Origin: Candidatus Nanopelagicaceae bacterium
GTDB taxonomy: Bacteria; Actinomycetota; Actinomycetes; Nanopelagicales; Nanopelagicaceae
DNA: 64,000 nt
Reading direction: 5' to 3'
Assembly (NCBI GenBank): GCA_018882745.1
Contig: VFFD01000001.1
Coordinates: 5,060-69,059, forward strand
Made by a program: the position numbers and the translations under genes
Shown here: positions 19,145-28,638 of the stretch, in pieces
Layout: each line of letters begins with the position of its first letter
Numbering within the stretch: the first letter of the stretch is position 1
The notes under the pieces: model-generated
Told to the model about the DNA's origin: nothing
Databases searched by the model: none
The model's input: the letters and a program-made list of their open reading frames with translations, nothing else

Positions 19145-20623
19145 CTACCTTGAGATCGGGAAAGTAATCCTGACTTCAGTTCCAGTGCTGGGCTTGATGA
19201 ATTCAATTTCTCCAGCTAGCTCATTGAGAGTAAGGGTATGGACGATTTGAAGACCAAGGTTAGTATTTTTCTCTAAAGAGAAATCAGATGGTATTCCGGT
19301 TCCATCATCAATCACAGAAGCAGTCATCATGCTTCCTTCACGCGTGACAGAAACTCGTACAACAGAACCCGTCTCGGACACTCCATGCTCTAACGCATTA
19401 TGAACTAATTCAGTTATTACAAGCGCGAGTGGAGTGGCAACGAGTGAAGGAATCGCACCAAACTCGCCCTCCTTGCTAATGGTTATCTCATTGGGGCGAG
19501 TGCTTAACTCGACAGCGCTTTGAATAATCTTGGAGATAACTTCATCGAATTGCACTGAATCTTGAGCACTAGTCGAGAGCGTCTCATGAACTAAAGCGAT
19601 GGATGCAACGCGGCGAACTGCCTCTTCTATAGCTGCGCTGGCATTAGGGTCCTCAATGCGTCGCGATTGAAGACGAAGTAGTGCTGAGACTGTTTGTAGG
19701 TTGTTCTTTACTCGATGATGAATCTCGCGAATAGTGGCATCTTTGCTTATCAAAGCTCGGTCTTTACGTCGTAATTCTGTAACGTTATGGACGAGGACAA
19801 CGGCACCAATGCGATTTTCACCTTCAGTAAGCGGAATTGCTAGAAAATCAACCACACCGTTGGCATTTTCAAACTCATCTCGACGCAAAGTACGACCGCT
19901 CATTGAAACGCGCCAATTCTCTTCCCGTGGAGTAAGTCCCTCACTCTTTCTGGCGAGGAAATCTAGAACATCGCCAAGATTGTGCCCTTCAAGATCTCGC
20001 TCCCAACCCAATCTGCTGAAAGCGGATCGCGCATTCGGACTTGCGAACATTACCTCGCCATCAACATTCAATCGCACTAGTCCATCGCCAACTCTCGGCG
20101 CTGCTTCTGCAAGATATACAGAGTCTTTAACAGGAAAGCTTCCTTCTGCAATCATCCGATAAATGTGATTTGCAATCTCACGATAGTTGAGTTCGAGTCG
20201 AGAAGGCGTGCGCATCGTTTCTATATTTCGGTGACGAGATATGACCGCAATGACTCGACCTTGGAAAAATACTGGAATTGTCTCTTCCTTGATTCTCAAC
20301 TCTCCTACTTGCTCTGGTTGTGTATCGCGCACGATTTCTCCGGTAGAAAGAGCATGATCTATATGTACTCGTGCTCCCCAGTGAACTTCATCGCCGATTA
20401 CATCTTGAGTGAAGACTGTCGCTGCTGTCATGGGGCGAATTTGCGCGATCGCAAGATGGCCCTCTGGCCAACTCTTTTCACTGGTTCGTCGAGGTACCCA
20501 GAGCACGAGATCAGCAAAGGAAATGTCAGCCAACAATTGCCACTCGGCGACCAATTCACCCAAACGAGCAACATCAGCTTCTGAAAGCGATGTGGATCCT
20601 GCTACGAGGTGACGAAAAGGCAT
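19145..20623 (-). CDS. pdtaS: PdtaS-type sensor histidine kinase (GAF/PAS sensor + HisKA_2 + HATPase_c)
   Basis: 492 aa. Phosphoacceptor box REIHHRVKNNLQTVSALLRLQ and ATPase motifs ELVHNALEHG and DDGTGIP. It is convergent with whiB1, as Rv3220c is with Rv3219 in M. tuberculosis. Confidence 0.8.
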   Translation of the reverse strand: MPFRHLVAGSTSLSEADVARLGELVAEWQLLADISFADLVLWVPRRTSEKSWPEGHLAIAQIRPMTAATVFTQDVIGDEVHWGARVHIDHALSTGEIVRDTQPEQVGELRIKEETIPVFFQGRVIAVISRHRNIETMRTPSRLELNYREIANHIYRMIAEGSFPVKDSVYLAEAAPRVGDGLVRLNVDGEVMFASPNARSAFSRLGWERDLEGHNLGDVLDFLARKSEGLTPREENWRVSMSGRTLRRDEFENANGVVDFLAIPLTEGENRIGAVVLVHNVTELRRKDRALISKDATIREIHHRVKNNLQTVSALLRLQSRRIEDPNASAAIEEAVRRVASIALVHETLSTSAQDSVQFDEVISKIIQSAVELSTRPNEITISKEGEFGAIPSLVATPLALVITELVHNALEHGVSETGSVVRVSVTREGSMMTASVIDDGTGIPSDFSLEKNTNLGLQIVHTLTLNELAGEIEFIKPSTGTEVRITFPISR

Positions 20624-20638
20624 AGGCGAAAGCGTACT

Positions 20639-21649
20639 TCAGATCAATTCATCCAAATAAAGGGAGAGCTCACGTAAAGCCCTGCGTAATGGAGTTCTCT
20701 GACCTACCTCACTGAGAGCGGAGTAATGCCCTTGGGCTCGATCGAGCACGTCATTATCTCTAGGCAGGATGAATCCTCGATGATCACCGAGTTGGGCTTG
20801 AAAACTCTTGCGCAACGCATTGTGTCGACTGGAATTTCCCATCTTATTCAGAATATAGATAACTGAAGCGCTCTTTATCTCGGCAGCGATGAAGCGCTGA
20901 AATTTATCCATTGCAACAATGCCATGTCGCTCAGCCGGGAGCACATAGATGATGTGAGTGCTCTGCTCAATTACTTCGAGAAACCTTCTGCCAGATAAGC
21001 GCCTATCGGTCAAGAGCGAATCAAGACTGGGAGCCGCTCCGAGATCAATGCAGTTCACATGCGAAGAAGTGTTGTCGAGTTCTGAAGCCATTACTTCAGA
21101 CTCGATGTTGAATAGCGATAGATTTGATGAAACCTTCGATTTAACCTCGTACTGCATACCGAGCATGAAATGTTGATCCTTGCGATGTGAATCGACATCC
21201 AACAACGTCACCACTCGTTTTTGAGAAAGCTCAGATGCCACATTTAGTGTTACAGTCGAAATTCCTGGAGCTGAAGTAGAGCCGGTAAAGGTCAACCAGT
21301 TGCGCTCTTGTTTACGTGAAGTTCGTGACGCGATTGCCAATTCTGGCTTTCTCAAGGCCTCCATGGCCCGGGATTGAATTTCATCGGCGGAGATTCGCGA
21401 ATCTGAGGAGATTTCTACATAAGCAATGCTTTCAGCCCCTGTTGCAGCACGCTGTTCTCGAGTGATGTGATAACCAGACATGAAAAATATCACCGCGCGG
21501 GTATCGGATTCGAGAGTCGAAATAGCATCCATGAGCGATTCTTGAGAATAGCAACGTTTCTTGAGCGTAAATCCTTGTGGAGTAAGGCACGAGATAATCA
21601 CATCTTCTAGCTCCGCGTTATTGAGCGCTGTAATTAACGAAATGCTCAA
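20639..21649 (-). CDS. CpaE/TadZ/Ssd-like protein: receiver-like N-domain plus MinD/ParA fold with degenerate Walker A
   Basis: 336 aa with TTG start overlapping the upstream stop (TTGA). The P-loop position reads TFTGSTSAPGISTVTLNVASEL and has no lysines. The remainder fits a MinD/ParA-like layout (VVTLLDVD, IIYVLPAE). Confidence 0.5.
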   Translation of the reverse strand: MSISLITALNNAELEDVIISCLTPQGFTLKKRCYSQESLMDAISTLESDTRAVIFFMSGYHITREQRAATGAESIAYVEISSDSRISADEIQSRAMEALRKPELAIASRTSRKQERNWLTFTGSTSAPGISTVTLNVASELSQKRVVTLLDVDSHRKDQHFMLGMQYEVKSKVSSNLSLFNIESEVMASELDNTSSHVNCIDLGAAPSLDSLLTDRRLSGRRFLEVIEQSTHIIYVLPAERHGIVAMDKFQRFIAAEIKSASVIYILNKMGNSSRHNALRKSFQAQLGDHRGFILPRDNDVLDRAQGHYSALSEVGQRTPLRRALRELSLYLDELI

Positions 21650-22296
21650 ATGCGCTTCACCACTATAAAGTCAAAGTCCGTCATTGATGAGATGAATCCG
21701 GCGACAAGTTCCTGGGGAACCAGAATCGTTATTCCAATATCTCCACCCATTTTGCTCGCTTCGATATCGATAGCATCGACCGAAATGTTGATGAGAAGAG
21801 CTCGAGATCTCAATCCTTTGTGAAGATTGAAGTTTGAGTTCAATTGATCTTTAGGCAAGCCGTAGATATCTATCTGACTTCCGCTCCCGATGCCAGTTGG
21901 TACTCGTGATCGAGGTATCGAAATTGGAATTCTTCTCAGATGTGCTCCACTCTCAGTCGAGAGTGCATAGGCAGGGATTAATTCTGAAGATCCAAGGGCT
22001 CTTACGACATAACTTCCAACAATGGAGTTGGACCCATCAAGATACGAAGAAGCGTTATTGGGAAGTAATACGTGTGACTCGATCACATCACCCGCTTCGA
22101 TAATCTCTCCAGGAGCTAAGTCTGTGGTGGCGCTCCATACAGTCGTCATACGGTTGTTTGTATCGGAAATAATGTATGCAGAAATAAATGAGATGGCAAT
22201 CAATGTGCCACCCAGAATAATGCGGGAATTTATCTGAAATCGAATCAATTTGTTTTTCTGCCGAGCCTCTCGTAGGTTTTTCTTCTCTTCATTCAT
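21646..22296 (-). CDS. SAF-domain protein (CpaB/RcpC-like), N-terminally membrane anchored
   Basis: The tracked ORF is 282 aa. The likely start is ATG 22296 (MNEEKKNLREARQ..). This gives a TM helix ILGGTLIAISFISAYII followed by a SAF-like segment TDLAPGEIIEAGDV. Confidence 0.5.
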   Translation of the reverse strand: MNEEKKNLREARQKNKLIRFQINSRIILGGTLIAISFISAYIISDTNNRMTTVWSATTDLAPGEIIEAGDVIESHVLLPNNASSYLDGSNSIVGSYVVRALGSSELIPAYALSTESGAHLRRIPISIPRSRVPTGIGSGSQIDIYGLPKDQLNSNFNLHKGLRSRALLINISVDAIDIEASKMGGDIGITILVPQELVAGFISSMTDFDFIVVKRI

Positions 22297-22438
22297 GGGA
22301 GATGAATATCTCTTTTGTGAGTGATGTTGAGTTTTATCCACAGCACCTCTACATGGCTTACAAGCTGTGGAAAATGTCGCTCTCAATCTCATACTTTCGT
22401 ATGAGATCAATACTTTGATTTTTGGGAAATCTTCGCCT

Positions 22439-22912
22439 ATGGAATTTGTCAGATTAACAGCGCATCCCATGCTCGATCTCTTCAATCGACCCAACCTGGA
22501 TGAAACGTCAAGTGGCGTGAGTGCAGGTAAAAAACTTTACTTAATACCAAGCACGCATGGTGATTCGTTTGATCCCGATTTTGCTCCTAATCCATCACCA
22601 CTATCAGAACTACCCAATATTGAAAGATGGACATTGATGTACATAGTTAGCGCTTTAGAAATTCTTGCCGGGCGACGCTCCCCACAGCAGGTTGCAAGAT
22701 CAACTCATCGATTCACTTACAACACGATTCTCCAGAAAGTTGGAACTCTTACCGAGCTCCCAAAAATAAAGAAGATTCACCGGCATCAACCCATAGAGGG
22801 AGTCATTGAAGTAACCGTGACACTCACCTTCAAAGATCGAGTGCGCGCTCTTGTCGCCCGCTTTGAAGGCGTCGATCGCAAATGGCTCTGCACTGAGCTT
22901 GATTTGTTATGA
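22439..22912 (+). CDS. Rv3235 family protein (conserved actinobacterial secA neighbour)
   Basis: Pattern [49 protein letters not shown] matches what I know of this family. Start is uncertain (GTG 22367, ATG 22439 or ATG 22469). Confidence 0.6.
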   Translation: MEFVRLTAHPMLDLFNRPNLDETSSGVSAGKKLYLIPSTHGDSFDPDFAPNPSPLSELPNIERWTLMYIVSALEILAGRRSPQQVARSTHRFTYNTILQKVGTLTELPKIKKIHRHQPIEGVIEVTVTLTFKDRVRALVARFEGVDRKWLCTELDLL

Positions 22913-25579
22913 AGCTCCGTGACAACGTTTAAATTTCTTTCCTGAGCCGCAAGGGCATGGTGCATTGCGAGAGACTCCATCGCTCTTTGAAGTCGCGACT
23001 GAACCAGATTCACTTGGCGCCGAGTATTGAAGCTTCTGCGTTGGGGCTGCAGGAGTTACGCCCTTGGCTTCTACATGATTATCTTCTACTTTGACTTCAA
23101 CGTTGAATAAGAATCCAACCATCTCCTCTTTTATTGCATCCATCATCGCAGAGAAAAGGTCATAACCTTCTTTTTGATATTCGACAAGCGGATCACGTTG
23201 TGCCATCGCACGCAAGCCAATGCCTTCTTGTAGATAGTCCATTTCATAGAGGTGTTCTCGCCATTTGCGGTCAAGAACTGAGAGCAAAATCTTTCGTTCC
23301 AATTCCCGGGTTACTTCAGCGCCTAATTCACTTTCACGCTTCTCGTAAGCAGAAAAGATGTCATCGATGACGCGTTGAGCCAAGAAGTCGTTATCAAGCC
23401 CAGTGCGGCCTCCCACTTCATTCTCTAGATCTTCAATCTTTAGAGAGATTGGGTAAGTCGACTTCAACACGGTCCAAAGTTGATCAAGATCCCACTCTTC
23501 TGGGAAACCCTCACTCGTTGCCGATGCGACATATCCGCGGATAGTGTCTTCAATAAATGTGCTGACTTGATCTTTAATATCTACACCTTCAAGAACTTCG
23601 CGACGTTCGCGATAGATAACTTCACGCTGACGGTTCATGACATCGTCATACTTCAAGACATTTTTGCGCATTTCAAAGTTCTGAGATTCAACTTGAGTCT
23701 GAGCAGATTTGATGGCATTCGAAACCATCTTCGATTCGATGGGCGTGTCCTCAGGAATTCCAGCGGCAGTAAGGAAGCGTTCGACAAGCGCTGAGTTAAA
23801 GCGGCGCATCAACTCATCTTGAAGTGAGAGATAGAAACGCGATTCTCCTGGATCACCTTGGCGACCAGAACGACCTCGCAACTGATTATCGATGCGACGT
23901 GATTCATGGCGCTCTGTTCCAAGAACATATAAGCCACCTAATGCGACAACTTCATCATGGCCCTTCACGACTGCATCTTTCTGACGAGCAAGTTCTGCCG
24001 GCCACTTTGCTTCGTATTCCTCGGCATTATCAACAGGGGAAATTCCTTGACGTTGTAATTCGTAATCAGCCATAAATTCTGGGTTTCCGCCAAGCATGAT
24101 GTCTGTACCACGGCCTGCCATATTTGTTGAGACAGTGACTGCGCCAATAGTTCCAGCACGGGCAATAATCGCTGCTTCGCGCTCATGTTGTTTTGCATTG
24201 AGGACTTCGTGTGGAATGCCTTTACGTCGTAATGCTTGTGAGAGAACTTCTGATTTTTCAACACTTACTGTTCCTACAAGGACTGGTTGTCCCTTGCGAT
24301 GGCGCTCCATGATGTCCTGAGCAACAGCTTCAAATTTCGCTTCCTCGGTCTTATATACAAGATCCGATTGATCGATACGTTGCATGGTTTTGTTCGTAGG
24401 AATTGGGATAACTCCCAACTTATAAATCTGCATAAATTCAGAAGCTTCAGTCATCGCAGTACCAGTCATTCCCGCCAACTTGTCGTAGAGGCGGAAGTAA
24501 TTCTGAAGCGTGATAGTGGCGAGAGTTTGATTCTCATCCTTAATTTCTACTCGCTCTTTTGCTTCCAGCGCCTGGTGTAGGCCCTCGCTATAACGGCGAC
24601 CCGATAGCACGCGCCCTGTGTGCTCATCAACTATTAGTAGCTCTCCATTCATGATCACATAATCGCGATCGCGTTTAAATAGCTCCTTAGCTTTCAGGGC
24701 ATTATTGAGGTAGCCAATCATTGGAGTATTGACTGCCTCATAGAGATTATCTATCTTCAACATCTCTTCGACTTTAGTTACGCCCTCATCAAGAATTCCC
24801 ACATTGCGCTTCTTTTCATCAACTTCATAATGCTCGCCACGAGTTAATCGCCCTGCGATGTTGGCAAATTCGACGTACCACTTTGTGGCTTTATCAGCTG
24901 GCCCGCTAATAATCAAAGGAGTGCGAGCTTCGTCGATGAGAATAGAGTCAACTTCATCCACAATTGCAAAGTTATGTTCGCGCTGTACGCAGTCAACAAG
25001 ATTCCACGCCATGTTGTCACGTAGATAATCGAATCCAAATTCGTTATTTGTTCCATATGTAATGTCCGCCGCATATTGAATGCGACGTTCTGCAGGAGTC
25101 ATGGAAGCGAGAATGACTCCAACTTTTAGACCGAGGAAGCGATGGATACGTCCCATCCATTCACTGTCACGCTCTGCTAGATAATCGTTTGTGGTAACTA
25201 TGTGTACGCCTTGACCTGTCAACGCGTTGAGGTATGAAGGAAGTGTTGCGACGAGAGTCTTTCCTTCACCAGTGCGCATTTCAGCAATATTTCCGCGATG
25301 AAGGGCAGCGCCACCCATGATTTGAACATCGTAGTGTCGCTGTCCGAGGGTTCTCTTTGACGCTTCGCGAACTACCGCAAATGCTTCCGGTAACAGTTCG
25401 TCGAGATCCTCGCCCTGGGCCAAACGTTCCTTGAACTTGCCTGTCATGGCGCGAAGTTCGTCATCGCTCATCGAGAGAAAAGTCGCTTCGTAGGAATTAA
25501 CTTCTGATGCCAATTTCTCAAGCTGCTTTAAGGCACGACCTTCACCGGCGCGAAGAATCTTGTCGAGAATTGCTGCCAC
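22907..25579 (-). CDS. secA: preprotein translocase ATPase SecA
   Basis: 890 aa with DEAD-like motor motifs ([28 protein letters not shown]). C-terminal zinc-binding tail [17 protein letters not shown] start preceded by GGAAGG. Confidence 0.95.
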   Translation of the reverse strand: MAAILDKILRAGEGRALKQLEKLASEVNSYEATFLSMSDDELRAMTGKFKERLAQGEDLDELLPEAFAVVREASKRTLGQRHYDVQIMGGAALHRGNIAEMRTGEGKTLVATLPSYLNALTGQGVHIVTTNDYLAERDSEWMGRIHRFLGLKVGVILASMTPAERRIQYAADITYGTNNEFGFDYLRDNMAWNLVDCVQREHNFAIVDEVDSILIDEARTPLIISGPADKATKWYVEFANIAGRLTRGEHYEVDEKKRNVGILDEGVTKVEEMLKIDNLYEAVNTPMIGYLNNALKAKELFKRDRDYVIMNGELLIVDEHTGRVLSGRRYSEGLHQALEAKERVEIKDENQTLATITLQNYFRLYDKLAGMTGTAMTEASEFMQIYKLGVIPIPTNKTMQRIDQSDLVYKTEEAKFEAVAQDIMERHRKGQPVLVGTVSVEKSEVLSQALRRKGIPHEVLNAKQHEREAAIIARAGTIGAVTVSTNMAGRGTDIMLGGNPEFMADYELQRQGISPVDNAEEYEAKWPAELARQKDAVVKGHDEVVALGGLYVLGTERHESRRIDNQLRGRSGRQGDPGESRFYLSLQDELMRRFNSALVERFLTAAGIPEDTPIESKMVSNAIKSAQTQVESQNFEMRKNVLKYDDVMNRQREVIYRERREVLEGVDIKDQVSTFIEDTIRGYVASATSEGFPEEWDLDQLWTVLKSTYPISLKIEDLENEVGGRTGLDNDFLAQRVIDDIFSAYEKRESELGAEVTRELERKILLSVLDRKWREHLYEMDYLQEGIGLRAMAQRDPLVEYQKEGYDLFSAMMDAIKEEMVGFLFNVEVKVEDNHVEAKGVTPAAPTQKLQYSAPSESGSVATSKSDGVSRNAPCPCGSGKKFKRCHGAS

Positions 25580-25608
25580 GAATCAACCTTCCATCGAAAA
25601 CGAGAGGG

Positions 25609-26361
25609 CTATCGTATTAGGAATTGGTGGGTGGACGCACATGCGGTCGCAGCGCCTAAAACTGTCATTTTTCTCTCTCTTAGGGCCTCAATAGCATTCT
25701 TTAAAGTTGCACCGGTCGTAATGACATCGTCCACTACAACAATAGGGAGATCAAAGATTCCACTGCTCAATCCCTTTGAGTGGCTCTCGGTTTGCGCAAT
25801 TACACTAAATACGGATTCCATATTGCTTGCACGCGCCACGGGCGAAAGGCTTGCTTGGTCACGAACTCGGCGTGTGTGCCGCAAAAGTTCTTGCCAGATC
25901 CACTGTGGATTGGAACTCTTGCGAGTAGCTCTCTGCAAAGAAATAACTCGATTCAATATTGGATGCAAAAAGGATTCTCCTCGCTTGCGAATCGCCTGTC
26001 GAGAAGATGGAACGGGAATGAGCAAACATGACTCTGTCGCTGTCCGCTCAAGAAGTTGTGTAATTGATTGATGAAGGGCTTGAGCGATCAGACTTTGTGC
26101 CACTTTATTGCGCTCCTCTTTTGCAAGTAAGACAATTGCTGAGACATCCTCGCTATAAGGGATGACTGAGTAAGTGGGCGCCACACTAAATCTCAGTTGC
26201 TCAGCTGGTGCGAACCATCGAGATTTACAAGAGAGACAAATCTCCACAAATTCTCGTCGACACATAATGCAGAGTTCTGGAAAAACCAGTGTTCGTGCGC
26301 CATAAAGAGCACTAGATATGATGGTGCGAATTCTTTCGGCCACGCCTGAATAGTGATGCAT
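25609..26361 (-). CDS. ComF family phosphoribosyltransferase-domain protein
   Basis: 250 aa. N-terminal Cys-rich region and PRTase motif VVVDDVITTGATL. Position corresponds to Rv3242c. Confidence 0.7.
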   Translation of the reverse strand: MHHYSGVAERIRTIISSALYGARTLVFPELCIMCRREFVEICLSCKSRWFAPAEQLRFSVAPTYSVIPYSEDVSAIVLLAKEERNKVAQSLIAQALHQSITQLLERTATESCLLIPVPSSRQAIRKRGESFLHPILNRVISLQRATRKSSNPQWIWQELLRHTRRVRDQASLSPVARASNMESVFSVIAQTESHSKGLSSGIFDLPIVVVDDVITTGATLKNAIEALRERKMTVLGAATACASTHQFLIR

Positions 26362-26402
26362 TCAATTCGCAGATAGGTTTGCTCTACGTGAAGTTGTGAA
26401 AA

Positions 26403-27941
26403 TCAGAACGTGGGAATTTCCGAGAGCGCAGGTTCTGTGTATGCCCGTCCATGAGCGATGGGAAGTGTTACAACGAAATTCGATCCCTTTCCAATTTCAC
26501 CCCACACTCGTATTTCACCGCCGTGTAACTGTGCATCTTCACGTGCGATAGATAGGCCAAGTCCTGTGCCACCTCGAATACGTGAGCGAGATGGATCTGC
26601 ACGCCAAAAGCGATCAAAGACTCGTTCGATATGTGATGGGGTAAGTCCGACTCCATAATCCTTGACCGAGATTGATACTGCGCTGTCATTAGTTTTAATG
26701 GTGACATCAATGGGTTGCCCCTCAGAGTGATCAATCGCATTTGCGAGAAGATTGCGCATGATTCGCTCTAATCGTCGAGGATCTGCATCAATGATGAGCT
26801 TCTCTTCGGGAGCTTGAATGCGAAGAACCGAATCTCTCTCTTTAGAGGCAATTCCAAGATCGTCTGCACAACGCTTCACAAGCGCGCTGACATCCACTCG
26901 ATCCAGTGAGAGTGAAGCTACTTCAGCATCAAAACGGCTTACCTCCAACAGATCAGCAAGTAGATTTTCAAATCGCTCTATCTGCGACAGTAGAAGTTCG
27001 GCGCTCCTTGCAATGACAGGATCGAAACTGTCACGCGCCGCATAGATAACATCTGATGCCATTCGGATTGTTGTTAATGGAGTACGAAGCTCGTGCGACA
27101 CATCCGAAACGAACCTTTGTTGAACTCTCGAGAGATTCTCTAGACGAGTAATTTGCTGCTCCAGCGTGTCAGCCATGTCATTAAAGGCATTCCCTAGGCG
27201 GGCAATCTCATCTTGCCCTCTAACCTCCATTCTCTTCACGAGATCTCCTGAAGAGAGTTGCTCTGCTACCTCTGCAGCATTCTTAACTGGTCGAATCACT
27301 TGCTGGAGAACCACTGATGCAACAATCATGATCAGAGCGATGAGAAGAAGTCCTGTGCCCCACATTGATTGTCCAATTAGATCAATATTCTGTTGCTGAG
27401 CGTCAAAACCAAACAACACATACATCTCATATGTTCCAAGATTAGAAAGACTAAGGAGTTTGCCAATCACTACTCCGTCGAGAACTTCACCATTGATGTA
27501 GCGAAGTTTGGTTTCACGCCAAAGAAGCTCATCGCTCTTCTGAACTCTCTCTCGGAATTTAAATGGAACTGATTCTTCTTTTAGGAAGTTGGAGGTCGAG
27601 ACCGCAGGTATATCTCCTCTTTTGCTATTAGCAGAATTGATAAAAACCACTTCACGACCAGAGTCTTTTGCGCTCACATTCGATGAGTTAACAATCTCTT
27701 GTACTAACGGCGCTAAGTCTTTTGTCCTGTTGAGTTCTGCAATAACAAATCGATAGTTGGCATATTGAATGGCAGATTCGCCTTCCGAAATTGAGGCAGC
27801 AATCTTGTCATTGATAATTCCGTCTGAAATTCGAGTGTATAGATTTGATCCCAGAAAATAGATCAAAGCGATAGAAGTAATGCTGGAAAAAGTAAAGACT
27901 TTTAAGAAAAGTGAACGACTGAAAATACTAAGCACATTCAT
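26403..27941 (-). CDS. mtrB: MtrB-type sensor histidine kinase
   Basis: Two TM segments flank an extracytoplasmic domain, followed by HAMP. H-box SDVSHELRTPLTTI and G-box GTGLGLSIA. Start trimmed to ATG 27941, 7 nt after the mtrA stop. Confidence 0.8.
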   Translation of the reverse strand: MNVLSIFSRSLFLKVFTFSSITSIALIYFLGSNLYTRISDGIINDKIAASISEGESAIQYANYRFVIAELNRTKDLAPLVQEIVNSSNVSAKDSGREVVFINSANSKRGDIPAVSTSNFLKEESVPFKFRERVQKSDELLWRETKLRYINGEVLDGVVIGKLLSLSNLGTYEMYVLFGFDAQQQNIDLIGQSMWGTGLLLIALIMIVASVVLQQVIRPVKNAAEVAEQLSSGDLVKRMEVRGQDEIARLGNAFNDMADTLEQQITRLENLSRVQQRFVSDVSHELRTPLTTIRMASDVIYAARDSFDPVIARSAELLLSQIERFENLLADLLEVSRFDAEVASLSLDRVDVSALVKRCADDLGIASKERDSVLRIQAPEEKLIIDADPRRLERIMRNLLANAIDHSEGQPIDVTIKTNDSAVSISVKDYGVGLTPSHIERVFDRFWRADPSRSRIRGGTGLGLSIAREDAQLHGGEIRVWGEIGKGSNFVVTLPIAHGRAYTEPALSEIPTF

Positions 27942-27948
27942 TGCGCGA

Positions 27949-28638
27949 TTACCCTCGCGTGCCTGTTGCGCCTGCCTTGTAACCAATCCCACGGACGGTA
28001 TTTACAATTGTTGGATTCTCAGGATCGTGTTCAATCTTCGCTCTTAAACGCTGAACGTGCACATTAACAAGGCGAGTATCTGTGGAGTGCCTATAGCCCC
28101 ACACTTCTCCTAGCAAGGCCTCGCGTGTGAATACGCGTCCCGGTTCCTTTGCCAGAGCAACGAGCAGATCAAATTCCAGACGCGTGAGAGGTATTTCTTT
28201 ACCACCACGCATGACCGTGTGTTCGACAATATCAATTGATAAATCTCCAATTGTTAAATTACTAGAAATCTCACCACCGACGCGACGCAAACGCGTTCTT
28301 ATGCGCGCCACAAGTTCCGAGGGTTTAAAGGGCTTCACCATGTAATCATCTGCACCGGCTTCTAATCCTTTGACGATGTCATGCGTATCGCTCTTGGCAG
28401 TCAACATAACTATGGGCACGCGCATTGAATGTTTTCTTATCTGCTTACATACTTCAATGCCATCAAGCCCTGGGAGCATGATGTCGAGCAATACTAAATC
28501 GGGGGGATTGTTGCGAAAGACATCGATTACTTCATCGCCACGACTGACTAGATCAACTTCGATACCAACGCCATTGAGGACAATCCCAAGCATTTCGGCA
28601 AGGTCTTGATCATCATCAACGACCATTACCGAAGTCAT
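27949..28638 (-). CDS. mtrA: OmpR-family response regulator MtrA
   Basis: 229 aa with a receiver domain (VVDDD, LLDIMLPGLDG, TAKSD). Winged helix motifs LVNVHVQRLRAKIE and VRGIGYK. Confidence 0.85.
   Translation of the reverse strand: MTSVMVVDDDQDLAEMLGIVLNGVGIEVDLVSRGDEVIDVFRNNPPDLVLLDIMLPGLDGIEVCKQIRKHSMRVPIVMLTAKSDTHDIVKGLEAGADDYMVKPFKPSELVARIRTRLRRVGGEISSNLTIGDLSIDIVEHTVMRGGKEIPLTRLEFDLLVALAKEPGRVFTREALLGEVWGYRHSTDTRLVNVHVQRLRAKIEHDPENPTIVNTVRGIGYKAGATGTRG

Noticed and set aside
20624-20638. 6C small RNA next to the CpaE/Ssd-like gene, by analogy with the Rv3660c-Rv3661 intergenic region of M. tuberculosis.
   Set aside because: Only 15 nt separate the gene from pdtaS. No intergenic region in the window contains paired C-rich loops.
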